Numbered from the whole stretch's first letter, positions 13,268 through 27,271 are shown. The stretch: DNA of 63,612 nt, filler included, from Octopus bimaculoides (GCF_001194135.2; 7 parts of 7 records of this genome joined end to end with filler, not necessarily neighbours in it), one strand, 5' to 3'. The notes: generated by a model from the sequence alone, not told the origin. Made by a program: numbers and translations.

Positions 13268-13338
<71 letters not shown>

Positions 13339-13641
13339 CCTCATGTTGTTAATTAACGACCAGGAGAAATAACTCAAAACAAGAATAAAAGGCAGTAGTT
13401 TGTTCAGGCTGGTCCTCTAGCCTCATAATCTGGCCATTTTAGACATTTCTGTAGCAACGTCAGCACGTCATAGAAACACCAGAGTAATAGGACACTGGAA
13501 TAACTGAAATAAATTATGCATACATACATATGCTCGGGTGTATTGCAAATTTCGACAGGATTCAAATATTTAAATGGTGATGCATAAAACTGTTAAAATT
13601 GTCAATGCTTGTTCATCGTTTTATATATTGAATTATGCACG

Positions 13642-13684
<43 letters not shown>

Positions 13685-13694
13685 ATATATATAT

Positions 13695-13744
<50 letters not shown>

Positions 13745-14667
13745 GCGTGTGTGTGTGTGTATGTGTTTGTGTGTACGAACTTATGTATATTTGCATATAT
13801 AGGTATATATATTTTATGTATAAGTATATGTATGTATATATGTATGTATGTATGTATGTGTGTTTGTGCGTGGGTGTATGTGTACGCGTGTGTCTGTGTG
13901 TCGAGTATGTTTAATGTTAGCTGCTCCATAAGTACATTAAGTTAGTTTTGGCTTTATTACCTTATGTAAACAATCGTTGGCAATATGGCGTTGAGTAAGT
14001 GTTGTATGTGTGTGACTACATCTGTGCATATGAGTGTGACGGTATGTGTATATGTGTAGATGCGTGTGCCGTTTGCAACAGAGTTAGAATGTGAATGCCC
14101 AAAGGACGGATAGATACATATATGTATGTATGTATGTATGTGTATATAAACACACATACATATATTCATGCTTACGTACATATACATATAAATACAGAAA
14201 CGTATTTAGGAGAGAGAGAGAGACAAGAATGAGTGAAAGAGAGAGAGAGAAAGAGAGAGAGGGTGAGAGAGAGGGTGAGAGAGAGAGAGATAAAACGATT
14301 AACTGAAGGAGTGGCGCGAAGATTTTCGGCGAAACAGATTATTTATGATTTGTCAGACGAAGTGCAAGTAGACCATAGAAATAGAGATAGAGAGGCAAAT
14401 TAAAGGTGAAAGAGTAAAAGCGAGGGTGAGAGAGAGAGGGGGAGAGAGAGAGAGGGAGTAAGACTGAGAGAGAGAGAGAGAAACAGAGAGACAGACAGAC
14501 AGACAGACAGATAGAGAAGAAGGGAAAGAGAGAGAGAGTGATACACAAGATGAGAACTGAATGATATAGATGGGAATGTATAGAATATGGAAGAGAAAAA
14601 TGTGTAGAAAATGAAAGTGTGTATGTGTATGTGTGTGAATTATTGTGTGTGTATGTCTGTGTGTGGT

Positions 14668-15057
14668 GGAGGTGCAATGGCCCAGTGGTTAGGGCAGCGG
14701 ACTCGCGGTCATAGGATCGCGGTTTCGATTCCCAGACCGGGCGTTGTGAGTGTTTATTGAGCNNNNNNNNNNCATAGGATCGCGGTTTCGATTCCCAGAC
14801 CGGGCGTTGTGAGTGTTTATTGAGCGAAAACACCTAAAGCTCCACAAGGCTCCGGCAGGGGATGGTGGCGAAACCTGGTGTACTCTTCCACCACAATTTT
14901 CTCTCACTCTTACTTTCCTGCTTCTGTTGTACCTGTAATTCAAAGGGTCAGCCTTGTCACACTGTGTCACGCTGAATATCCCCCCGAGAACTACGTTAAG
15001 GGTACACGTGTCTGTAGAGTACTCAGCCACTTGCACGTTAATTTCCCGAGCAGGCTT
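14668..15057 (+). mobile_element. tRNA-Arg-like SINE (OR-type octopus SINE)
   Basis: A box tggcccagtggttagg, TCG anticodon-like ggactcgcg, B box ggtttcgattccc. Same family at 15134-15520 and 19435-19820. Confidence 0.8.
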
Positions 15058-15133
15058 ACGTTTATTTTTATTATTTTCAATTCTTGGTTGTTGCAGGCCC
15101 ATTATTTAAATGCCCGTTTGTTCCGGATAGCTA

Positions 15134-15520
15134 TTGTTGTTGGCACTCCGTCGTTTACGACGTCGAGGGTTCCAGTTGATCCTATCAACGGAACAGCCTG
15201 CTCGTGAAATTAACGTGCAAGTGACTGAGCACTCCACAGACACGTGTACCCTTAACGTAGTTCTCGGGGATATTCAGCGTGACACAGTGTGACAAGGCTG
15301 ACTCTTTGAATTACAGGCGCCAACAGAAACACGAAGTAAGAGTGAGAGAAAGTTGTGGTGAAAGAGTACACCAGGGTTCGCCACCATCCCCTGCCGGAGC
15401 CTTGTGGAGCTTTAGGTGTTTTCGCTCAATAAACACTCACAGCGCCCGGTCTGGGAATCGAAACCGCGATCCTAGTACCGCGAGTCCACTGCCCTAACCA
15501 CTGGGCTACTGAGCCTCCAC
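15134..15520 (-). mobile_element. tRNA-Arg-like SINE, inverted partner of 14668-15057
   Basis: Reverse complement matches the + copy over about 330 bp and adds the acgacggagtgccaacaaca tail. Confidence 0.85.
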
Positions 15521-17002
15521 CCTGATAGCTATAGGTGTATGGTAACCGTTCTGATGCCCTTTGAGATGCTGGAAGTGAAAGCGATTAGCCGGAAGGCGAA
15601 AGTCAGGAACAGTGACCTATGTTGCTAATGAACTACACGGCACAGCAGGTTACCTGTGTATAGAGAAAGGTTGGGGCGTTTGGCGGGTATTGAAAAAAGC
15701 TTTGGTACATACCTAAAGGTGATTATCAGGGCCGATGGCTTTCATTGTTGAAACAACTCGAGGTGATCTGTTTAGTTATATTGTATGTGTATCGGAGGAA
15801 GGTAACTTTTACTAAACAGTGGTAGTCGAATAATATAAGAGAAAGCTGTAATGGGGAAAATAGGTTTTACAAACGCACACGCACACAATATATGTATGTA
15901 TGCATGTATACATATGCACTTACCAGTATCTATCTAGCTAGCTATCTATCTATCTGTCTGTCTGTCTGTCTGTGCGTGCGTAGGTGCATATTCGTATGTA
16001 TGTATACGTACATATGTGTACATACAAAATAACAACGTTCAGAAATGTACAAGTATAACTTTTTAAGGGGAGGTAACTCCTTATAGTGTTATGTCCCTTG
16101 AAATATACATTAAATCTAATATTCATTTATCTGTGCAATTTAAACCTTAATAGTCCGTATCTTAGAATTGTATTTTCTGTAATGAAATCCTCGTATGAGC
16201 GTTACACAGAGTGTATATAGGAAGCAATACGAAGCAAAAAATATTGCTTATATTATGACATTTAGTAACTAAATGTACATGTCTGTGTCACCTGAACAGA
16301 AGACATTCATAAACAATTTCACTATATTGGTGACAATGTTAGTGACCAGGTGGTAGTTGTACAACGAAAACTTTGACACCTAAATAAATAAACAAAAATA
16401 GTGAAAATAACAGTTATCGTGTGCTTTAAATGATTAATATAGCTTTTCAATGATGTAATGGATATTATATTATATTATATTATATTATATTATATTATAT
16501 TATATTATAAAGTAAATTCCTGTATTACGGTGAAACTACTATGGTGGAAGTGCTGGGTTAAGAATCCCCGAGGATGGTTAAAACGCAGCGGATTAGCTGA
16601 ATCGTTTGAGTATCGGATGACATGTCTTGTCAACCCACTATACTGCTTGCACAAATTTCTGGCCATGTGCCTATATTAGAAACCACCATACACAGCTGTT
16701 AATGTTATGTAGGGCGGTGGACCATGNNNNNNNNNNNNNNNNNNNNNNNNNNNNNNNNNNNNNNNNNNNNTTAATTAATTAANNNNNNNNNNNNNNNNNN
16801 NNNNNNNNNNNNNNNNNNNNNNNNNNATATAAATAGTAAATGAGTATATGCATATATACGTACAGGTATGTGCATACCGATATCCACCTGTATGTATAGG
16901 TGCATATCTGGGTACAGGACATTGCAAACAAACCTAGACGAGAACACACGAGCCACATAGAGAACATTCTACTTCATCAGCTACCCACGTTTTAACACCG
17001 GC

Positions 17003-17036
<34 letters not shown>

Positions 17037-17040
17037 GTAT

Positions 17041-17180
17041 AACTGGTACTTTATTTATTGACCCCGAAAGGATGAAAGGCAAAGTCGACCTCGGCGGAAT
17101 TTGAACTCAGAACATAAAGACAGACGAAATACCGCTAAGCATTTCGCCCGGTGTCCGAACTCTTCTGCCAGTTCGCCGCC
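17041..17180 (-). mobile_element. SINE family B
   Basis: Reverse complement reads gaactggcagaa...gaaatgcttagcggtatttcgtctgtc...ttctgagttcaaattccgccgaggtcgactttgcctttcatcc. Confidence 0.8.
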
Positions 17181-19434
17181 TTAATTAAATCGTATGTCGA
17201 GGTATTACTGTACATGTATTTATGACTGACTGTGTCATGTTCTGCACACTGGTAGACAAAGATTTCCTCTGTCATCACTCATGAATCTAACCTCGTGTAC
17301 TTGGTTCCTTAAATATATTTGGTTTGAAGATGTCCCTCTGCGTTCTAAATATTTAGATGTTCAACTAGACCTAGTGCTATTCTGTGGAGGGTTAGCGATT
17401 CTAAGGCATGTTAAATGGAGCTGAGTCGTGGTATGCATCCAATATTTATTAGAATTGATAGACCGATTATATGAGGACATTGGCAGCTCTTTAACAACTT
17501 TAGGGTGTCAGTTAATGAGGATGGGATTCTGGAGGCATTTCTTGGCCGTAGGACCCGATTCCCTAAAGAGCTACCGTGATACTTTATTTATATCCTCTTT
17601 CTACACACACACACCCACACCCACACACACGCACACATACACAAACACAAAGGGAAAAGCAAGATAATGTTAATCACACATAAAAGACACATATTAGTGA
17701 CTCTAATAATCTCTGAAATATTTAATAAGACTTGTCGAAAACCTGTTTATTTCTAGACTACAATAACTATAACATTAAAATGTTTTCTGTGATTGTTTTA
17801 TAGACTTATATACTCGGAAATAATGTAGAAACAATCAATACCTGAATGTTAAAAAATTTTTCCTTGTAGTTAATCACACTCCCAAATGAACCGTTCAGAG
17901 ATTTATTTTTGTTGAATTGAAATTGATAAAGTGATACAGACAATTGTTACTTGGTGCGAAATTTATTTACATACAGAATATTAGGAAGAAAAGTGAATAG
18001 AAACCAATAAATAGAAGCAATATATTTAAATAGAAATAAACGTTGGTAATTAATAAGATGAATAATTACAGAAATATATACAAAGATTTGAAGCGTGAAG
18101 AATTGATATTAACTGATATCAATAACATTATATTTAGTTCAATTGAATTGTTTTGAACATGGAGTATTTAGCGTTCCCATTCGCGTCCAAATTGGAAAAA
18201 AAAAAAAACAATATCAACTAGATCGAAATTAATAGCATAAAATTCTCCACGAAACCATCAATCTTATANNNNNNNNNNNNNNNNNNNNNNNNNNNNNNNN
18301 NNNNNNNNNNNNNNNNNNNNNNNNNNNNNNNNNNNNNNNNNNNNNNNNNNNNNNNNNNNNNNNNNNNNNNNNNNNNNNNNNNNNNNNNNNNNNNNNNNNN
18401 NNNNNNNNNNNNNNNNNNNNNNNNNNNNNNNNNNNNNNNNNNNNNNNNNNNNNNNNNNNNNNNNNNNNNNNNNNNNNNNNNNNNNNNNNNNNNNNNNNNN
18501 NNNNNNNNNNNNNNNNNNNNNNNNNNNNNNNNNNNNNNNNNNNNNNNNNNNNNNNNNNNNNNNNNNNNNNNNNNNNNNNNNNNNNNNNNNNNNNNNNNNN
18601 NNNNNNNNNNNNNNNACATAAGCTAAAAAGGAACGTGTTCATAACATTCTCTACATATTAAAGTTTACTTCAGATTTACAACCATAGAGATTTACACAAT
18701 TTACTATACACTAATAGCATATGTCGTATATAAACCTTGTTTGTTCATATTTTGCACGTATACACACATATACCCCATACATACATACATACATACATAC
18801 ATACATACATACATGCATACATACATACATACATACATACATACATACATACATACATGTGAAATGACATTGTCGGAAACCGAAGTGTGTAGATGAAGCA
18901 CGCCAGACATAATAATCTATACGAGGGAAAATAATGTATATAAATTAGTAACATATTTTTGCCCTCTATCGTTAATATAATGTTAAAGAAGAGGCGTACA
19001 TTTAATGTAAGCTAGAGAGAAACCGATAGGAATATATTTTTATAATATAAAACTAGCTTTCCTGGGGCACCCTTTTATATACCTAAATCTGTTTGTGACA
19101 GTCTTTAGAAGCTGGGTTTCATAAAACCTTAAAGGATATGGCTGATTAAGAAACATGATAACATAATGCATTCGTGAATGTAAGTAGAGACTACCATAAG
19201 ATTGATGTTTACAATATATATATACATACAAACGGGGTACTTATGAAAAGGGATGAGGCGTGTGTCAAAATATACAAATGCATACGTTTGTCTTTATAAA
19301 CTTTCTTAGTTAGCTGTCATGTAATTCATCATAAGAGAACTTTGTTTCCATTTCGAAAGAAATTCTCTATTGATAAATTTCAATGTTAAAAAAATCTTAT
19401 TCGAAACACATGCACGCACAACTATATATAAACA

Positions 19435-19820
19435 GTTGTTGTTGGCACTCCGTCGCTTACGACGTCGAGGGTTCCAGTTGATCTGATGAACGGAACAGCC
19501 TGCTCGTGGAATTAACGTGCAAGTGGCTGAGCACTCCACAGACACGCGTACCTTTAACGTAGTTCTCGGGGATATTCAGCGAGACACAATGTGACAAGGC
19601 TGACTCTTTGAATTACAGGCACAACAGAAACAAGAAGTAAGAGTGAGAGAAAGTTCTGGTGGAAGAGTACAGCAGGGTTCCCCACCATCCCCTGCCGGAG
19701 CCTCGTGGAGCTTTAGGTGTTTTCGCTCAATAAACACTCAAAACGCCCAGTTTGGGAATCAAAACCGCGATCCTATGACCGCGAGTCAACTGCCCTAACC
19801 ACTAGGCCATTGCACCTCCG
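19435..19820 (-). mobile_element. tRNA-Arg-like SINE, third copy
   Basis: Collinear with 15134-15520 over its full length. Confidence 0.85.
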
Positions 19821-21357
19821 CTATATAAACATACATATATACTAATTCAACAAAAAACAGCCACACATACATACATACAAACAGTGATACGCACACAAAC
19901 ACACACGCATATTTATATATATGCACGCACATATGTTTTTGCGCGTGTGTGTACTTTAAATGTACTTTTGTAAATGATGGTGCGTAAGAATAATATGACT
20001 CAACTAAAGATAACCAATTCCCATATCATATAACACAACCAGAATTATTCCTAGTTTTCTATGCACTTTAAACATTTGAATTTTCCGGCAGCCATATATT
20101 TTCCAAAAGGCAAAAAAAAAAAAAAATACTTGAGAACTGGAATACACGTTTAATCAACAATTCCGTATGTCCTTTGCAGGAAACGTGGCGGAATGCCAAA
20201 TGCAATAAATCATCAGATTCCCTTAGGGCCCTTTGTTTTTCATAGTTGGAAATCTCTCGTGGCTGATTTTGCCCCTAATTACGTGTTTGTCGATAAAATA
20301 CTTTCCAGTATATTAAAAGTAGGTGAAAGTTCCCTAGGAAATAGCCGAAACACAAATTCTAAAGTAGAATATTTGAGGAGAACTCTGTATGAAACGATCC
20401 TCATATATCATTCCAATAAACGTCCAGCTCTGTATATGACACATTAAAAAAAATATCACCTTACAAACGTTCCTTCAAGCCGATCCAACATTCTAAACAT
20501 CTCTACATACTTCAGTTTATGTTAGTGTTGGGAATACGGCAGCCATTATTGGCTTTGTGTTATGTTAGAAAACATTTTTTTTCTATTACAGGAATAATAT
20601 GACATTAAATTGATAAAATACTAAAATATCTAAAGCGATATTTTTTATTACAAAAAAAAAAAATGAGTCATAAAAAAATGAAGGAAAACCTGAATATCAT
20701 TAGTGGATTTATTCTGATTTCATGGAATCATAGTAATTTATTTCGTTACTATTTGAGATTCAGACGATTTAGATATTTTAACATATTGAATAATGTACTC
20801 ATACATATAAAACATTCTGAAAAATGAAAAAAATAAAAATCTTGCTGAAATACATTTGATCATAGGTCTGCTCGATAGTGAATATGTTTGGACTAAACAA
20901 CAAAATCGGCAACATAATGAGGTTGATAAAATCGTCTGCAACAGTCAAACAAAAGCCTGTCTTGAATGTCATAGAAACTTATGTAGTTTAGTGTTTTCAT
21001 TTATTCATCACATCTACACACACACACACACACACAAACACAAACACACAAAAGCATAAATACACACACATGCACACACACGCGCACACAGAGCTACAAT
21101 ATGACAAAACACTCGTAATGAGCAGCTTCGACAATCTCAACACTTTTCCTCCACGTTTTTATTGACTAACTCTTCTGTTAATGTGTGTGTGTGTGTGTGT
21201 GTGCGTGTGTAAAACACATATCAAAAGAAATATAGCGTGTGTGTGTGTGTGTGTGTGTATGTATGTGCGTGTATGTAAAAATATATATACGTACATATGT
21301 GTATATATGCATATATCTATGGATATCTGTCTATCTAGCTAGCTATCAGTCCATCTA

Positions 21358-21391
<34 letters not shown>

Positions 21392-21929
21392 TGTATGTGT
21401 GTGTTGTGTGTATGCCTTTGTAACTATGTATGACGGTCATTGAAAACAACGCATCAGTATCTGGAATGTCAATCAACCTCGTGGCTTACTTATTATTTTA
21501 TCGAGAACAGTGGTTGTGATTTCCAAACTTTACAATACACTTAATGATGTTTCTAAACAGAATCCGCAGCATACTGCGTCAAAACTCCTGCCTTATTCTA
21601 CAGTTACTTCTCACTAAGTATTACTCCCTACGCTTGGACTTGGGGTGTTTCCAGTCTGTAGTAAAAAAAAAAAAGAACTTAAGATGTAATACAGTGCGAC
21701 TAAACTCGATACCTCATGGCTGCATCCAGGTATGTAATGTGTCAAGGAGTTTGACTTCAGAAATCCCTAAACGAAAATATATTTTGTGGCAACACTGAGT
21801 GAGATTTCTTGCTTTTAATTCATAACACGTTTCGAACAGTGACTCAAGTGAAAATAACCCACCTATGGCCTTTCAGAGAATATGTCATTAGTTACTTGAT
21901 ATTGAGGTCTATTATTTAAGAAGTCGATT

Positions 21930-22460
21930 TCCAACCGGATAGTTTCGGTTTCTGTGCCGCTGCGTGTTAACGAGCTTTCTTCTGTATCCTAGGGCCGACC
22001 AAAACTTGTGAGTGGATGTGGTAAACGGAAAATAAAATGAGCCTGTCGTGTGTATATATATATTTATTATTGTTTTTCTTGTTTCAGTCATTAGAATATG
22101 GCAGGTGAACCGCCTTGACGAATTTTTAGTCGAATGCTTCAATGCAAGTACATTTTCTATTGAAGCCTGTTATATATTTAAGCTTCTCTTTCGTTCAATC
22201 GTTCAGTTACGGCGATTTAAACACATCAGCACCGGTGGCCGAGCGGTGTGGGAGGACAAACACACACAGAAACGCACGCATAATCACAGACACACAGACA
22301 CACACAAATACGCGCACAGGGACACACAGACACACAAATACATAAGTCTTTGCTGGCCCGAGAATATGTGGTAGAAAACATGCGCTTATTGTGTCACGCA
22401 ATGAGACTGAATCCCGAAACAACTGGTTGGGAAGCAAGCTTCTTACCACACAGCCACGCC
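21930..22460. mobile_element. Two degenerate family A SINEs: a + head (21930-22030) and a - copy (22070-22460)
   Basis: gggccgaccaaaacttgtgagtggat on +; ggaagcaagcttcttaccacacagccacgcc is the reverse-complement head. Confidence 0.65.
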
Positions 22461-22468
22461 TGTATAGA

Positions 22469-22520
<52 letters not shown>

Positions 22521-23646
22521 GGGGAGAATTCACAAAAACATCAGACGAACACAGGTGGTGGAGAAAACAAATTGATGTATTAGTATAACGCTCGGGAATT
22601 AAGAAAGTCTTTAACGTTTCGAGCCTACGCTCTTCAACAGAAAGGAACCCGAAAAGAAACAAGGAGAGAAAAAAATGTGTGTAGTGGTCAGCAATCTATC
22701 ATGGCGAATGATATATATATATATATATATATATAAATATATTCTAAATGATTGATACGTAAGACAGAGTGTATTGGGAACTTTATTTATACGATCCGGG
22801 GAATCGAGTGCATGACTATATGAAGTGTAGTAAGTTTGTAAGCTTCAAACAGCGGGTGGCAGGTATAGAGAACAAAAAGTGGACAGTGTACTATAAACAA
22901 TTATAATTTTATGGCATTGCGATTTGCGCACATTTTCCATATTGAAGTTGCAAATAGATTCGTTAAGCTGATAGCTTGTATATACCTCACATTGAGCAAG
23001 TAAATGTGTTACGGTGCAAATAAATACCAAAATAATAGAGAGAAAGTGGTAAGATGTTCCTTAGCTTAAACTGATGTAATTGTTATTCAATGAGAACTAT
23101 TCAAAAGGTGCACTAGCGTCTTGTATTGCACGGAGTGAACGACCCAAACTCCACCTACCATCTACTTAGATGACAGCATTCTAGCAATCGGGAAAATGTG
23201 TTGTCATATCCTCAATAGATGTTTATGACAACAATACTTTCTCCATAGGAATAACATAGCATTTCTTCTTTTCTTCATTCTTTCCTAGTCTTACTCCTTT
23301 TCTTCCTATTCCCCAACGCCAAACCTCATCCACTCTTGCATATTTTCGTCTCACCCGTTGCTTTATCGCTCATTATCTTTCTAAACATGTTGGTCTTTAA
23401 AAAAAAAATTATATTGCTTTCTTTTTGTTTACAAGTGGAATTCCTGTTCAGGTGAACTCACCATTCTGCGTTGGCTGATTTAGAAATTCCTGGTGACAGT
23501 GTAACGTTCATGTCATTAAGAAAATTTCAGCGTGATAATTAGTTTCACAGAATATATCTCAGTGCATAACAACTGCATCACGAGGTCCAGTTACCTAAGA
23601 AACATACATAGCGTGCATTTTACCTGTTCCACTCACTCAATTTAGA

Positions 23647-23697
<51 letters not shown>

Positions 23698-23812
23698 AAT
23701 ACATATATACATNNNNNNNNNNNNNNNNNNNNNNNNNNNNNNNNNNNNNNNNNNNNTTAATTAATTAANNNNNNNNNNNNNNNNNNNNNNNNNNNNNNNN
23801 NNNNNNNNNNNN

Positions 23813-24055
23813 GCGGGTGGCACATAAAAGACACCATTTCGAGCGTGGCCGTTTTCGTGCGGGTGACACGTAAAAGCACCCACTACACTCTCTGAGTGGT
23901 TGGCGTTAGGAAGGGCATCCAGCTGTAGAAACTCTGCCAAATCAGACTGGAGCCTGGTGTTGCCATCCGGTTTCACCAGTCCTCAGTCAAATCGTCCAAC
24001 CCATGCTAGCATGGAAAGCGGACGTTAAACGATGATGATGATGATGATGATGATA
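23813..24055 (+). mobile_element. RTE LINE 3' end with (GAT)n tail
   Basis: Nearly identical to 39172-39406, which follows an RT fragment. Confidence 0.85.
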
Positions 24056-24099
24056 TATATATATATATATACATGTGTGTGTGTGTATACGTGTATGTG

Positions 24100-24290
24100 T
24101 GTGTCTTTGTGTCCATGTGCTTATGTCCCTGTTACTGAGTGATTCAGTAAAAGAGATTGACATAATAAGTACTAGGCATTAAGAAAAATAACAAGTACTG
24201 AGGTTGATTTGTTTGACTAAAATTCAAGGTAGTCTACCAGCATGGCTGCAGTCTAATGACTGAAACATGTAAGTAAAAATAAAAGATACA
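24100..24290 (+). mobile_element. SINE family A tail, CpG-decayed
   Basis: Same tail as 9160-9345 but with CpGs converted to TG/CA. Confidence 0.7.
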
Positions 24291-24510
24291 AATTGCATAA
24301 AAACTCATCAAATAGATTGTACTTGTAATTAGAGATCCAATCTTGTCACACTGTGTCACTTTGATTCTGCCTGAAATACATATGTCTGTAGAATACTCAG
24401 CTTGTAGCATGCTAATTCAGTGAATCTGAAAATTTAGTTGATCAAACAACTGAATACTCATGAAATTCTATCTAATTGAAATTTATTTATTTATTACATA
24501 GATAATTTAA

Positions 24511-24728
24511 CCCTTTAACATTCAGATTACTCTGTCAAATGTAATGCTTATTTATTCACATTGTTTTGAATTAATCAGGCATTATCTTGTAGCTTCAATA
24601 TTGCAATGATGTTATTGTATATTTTTAGAGTGATATTGTAGTAGATGTGAGAAGTTGTATCTGGTCAGTTTTAACTCAAAACAGACAGAACATTTTGGCC
24701 AGATATGGTCAGTTTAAATGCTAAAGGG
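24511..24728. mobile_element. piggyBac-type MITE
   Basis: TTAA duplications at 24507-24510 and 24729-24732; TIRs ccctttaacatt / aatgctaaaggg. Confidence 0.75.
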
Positions 24729-25159
24729 TTAAGAAATTATTTTTTCAACATCAGTTAGTCAGAAGGTGAGCTGTAGTACCTATGGCCTTTCCAAGCCCTT
24801 CCACATTGGAGAGACTGATGTGGTTGATACCCAACTGAGATTGTTGCAGCTGATACCTACTTGCTAAATAAAAAAAGTCCCTGAAGTGGACAGAACTGGA
24901 AGTCTGGTCCAAATGTTCACTACAAAGATCCCACTGAAGGCACACAAAGTATTAGGTTCTATTGATGACACTAAAGACCAAACTGGTCAATATAATTATC
25001 ATACAAATTTCTAACCTATAATGCATGTGTTGTTGAAGTTAAATGCAGTCTTGTAGCCATTGGTTGGGCAATTAAAAGTATTTCATTTGAAAATGTTAAG
25101 ACAATAAAGAAGAATCAAAGCAAAGATTACTAAAGGAGGAGAACATTTCATATATTTGC

Positions 25160-25540
25160 CATAGCTGTGTGGGTAAGAAGCTTGCTTCCCAGCTGCTCGG
25201 TTTCAGGGTCAGTCCCACTGCATGGTACCTTGAGCAAATGCCTTCTACTATAGGCTGACCAATGCCAGATAGGAACTGAAAGAAGCCTGACTCATGTGTG
25301 AGTTGATTTTTTTTTCTTGTCTCAACATTGTAGGATAGATGTAAATGAGTGTCATTGTCATACAAGTGGTGTCCGTTGTTTCCAAGCTTCTACAAAAAAA
25401 TGTCCAGCCTTGGGGAAAAAATTATCATACTTGGAAAGAGGTGAGGATTGGCAACAGAAAAGGCACTCAACTGTAGAAAACCTACTGCAACAAATTCCAT
25501 ACAAACATTGAAAAGTGGACATTAAATGATGATGATTTCT
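25160..25540 (+). mobile_element. SINE with family A head and RTE-like 3' tail, CpG-decayed
   Basis: Head gctgtgtgggtaagaagcttgcttccca; tail ggcaacagaaaaggcactcaactgtagaaa...gtggacattaaatgatgatg resembles the RTE end at 39260-39400. Confidence 0.65.
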
Positions 25541-27271
25541 TTTGATTGTTTTGTAGTAGGTCATGAGACACAAAAGGGTTGAGTTAGAGATGGAGATTGT
25601 ATGAAGTTGAGGAATTAGAGGAACTGACTTTATTGAGTCAGTGTAAAAAAAAAAAAAACACAACTTGTTTTCAAAAGACTAAAGATTTTAAGAGTCGGTC
25701 TCTAATTTCCTTTTAATAATGTTATATGGATAAGAGATAAATATCTCCCTGTTTAAAGTGTTAACCTATTTCAAGTAACAATGACTGAGCACAAATTAAC
25801 AGCACTTAGAGTGATGTTCATCTTTTATTATGGTTTGGAAGTCTCCAGAATATAACATCCAATATGGCTTGCTGTTTAACACAGTAGCCAGCAATGCCAA
25901 CCCTACATTATGTATCAACAGCAGAGATGGGCAGAATATCTTTAAAGCATCTCAAGAAGGCCCAAAACATTTTCTGGCTTGAGTACAAGACAAAATAGGA
26001 ATTCAGTTGAGCAGAGACTATTAGGTAGATGTATGAAAAACCTTGTCTTTGAAAACTGAAGGGTGATTTTTAAGGGTCACTTTTTAATTTTATATTAATA
26101 ATATTGAGTTGATCAGAGCTAAATCTTTTTCTATGTAGGGACTTGGTACATATTCCCTACATCTATCTATATGAATTGTGATGCATAGAATTAAGTGTAT
26201 TCTTAAATATACAACAAAATGCCCACAACATTGAATTCAGGATCAATGAGTTGGTAATGCAACACCTTATCCATTCAGCCTTCAGTTATTGCACAAACAA
26301 CAGAAGGACTTAGAGGCTGTTTGGCTTTGTCTTTGTTATAGTTCAGAATATGTGCTAGTGTTCACCATTCTAGATGTTGATGTAATACTCAAAAGCTGAA
26401 AATATTTAAACTTTATATGGTATTATATGCTGTCCAATATTGAAGCACTTTTGTCTAATGAAAATGGAAGTCAAGTGCAATCGTTTCTTGTGTGATGTGT
26501 GGTCACCATAGTAACTTAGACTGTTTTACTGTAAGCAAGTTCTAAATGATGTATGAGATCACACAGTTCAATTGTTTTTTTCTATGAGCCACAGACCTGT
26601 TGATTTTATCTCGATTATATAGTTTCTTAATTAGCTTGAAATACTTTCTATGTATGTATTTTTGGTTGGACATATTTATTGATCAGTTAGCACAAGTAAA
26701 TGTTCTTCACAATTTCTTCTATTTATTTCCCCAGAAATAAGTTGTTTGTGACCCCATGTCACTAATTTTACTTTAATTCCCTCAAACTATATTTGTCATT
26801 ATAACAACAAACTATATTTATATAGCTATTTAGAGACAAAGGTATATGAATTTAGCAAGGTAAATTTCTTTTGTTCCATTGTTATTTTTCCTGTCTCAAA
26901 TAATATTTCCAGGAAATTTTGCCTATCCTTTATAGACTGGTTAATGTGTTAAATATACTTTTGTTTTGACACTTAACTATACTGAACTAATGCAGTAGCA
27001 GATAATTGAAATTGATCTAATCAAAATGTTTCATTAGTAACTCCCTGTTAACTAATGTACTACATATGGATAGCAAGGCAAATATAGAACTGTAAATCTT
27101 TTAATCTTTTTAAAGGAAGACCTTGAAGTCAGTATTTACAATAACCTTCCAACTAAGCATACAATTATCTCTCGATTTCTAAATAGGATGGTCTTCTTAG
27201 TAAAGCCATTCTTTTAGGTTATAAGAACTCTTTTATTTCCATAAATATTGCTTGAACAACAGGAATATGTT

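Noticed and set aside
14668-14745. Possible tRNA-Arg gene
   Set aside because: It continues directly into ~300 bp of SINE body shared by three copies, so it is a tRNA-derived SINE head.
14700-14822. About 50-60 bp direct duplication within the SINE head
   Set aside because: The copies flank an 11-N gap, typical of an unmerged contig overlap.
17420-17590. Possible LINE RT remnant (GMHPIFIRI...)
   Set aside because: Similarity is too weak to support a call.
20180-20447. Plus-strand exon candidate / 84-aa ORF (MPNAINHQIPLGPF...)
   Set aside because: No recognisable homology, no phase-compatible partner exons, and it lies outside the CpG-decay domain.
24751-24860. Resemblance of INHISLSNVEGLGKAIG to the FAAP24/ERCC1-type HhH C-terminus
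   Set aside because: Only a loose pattern match, and the other candidate exons do not fit that family.
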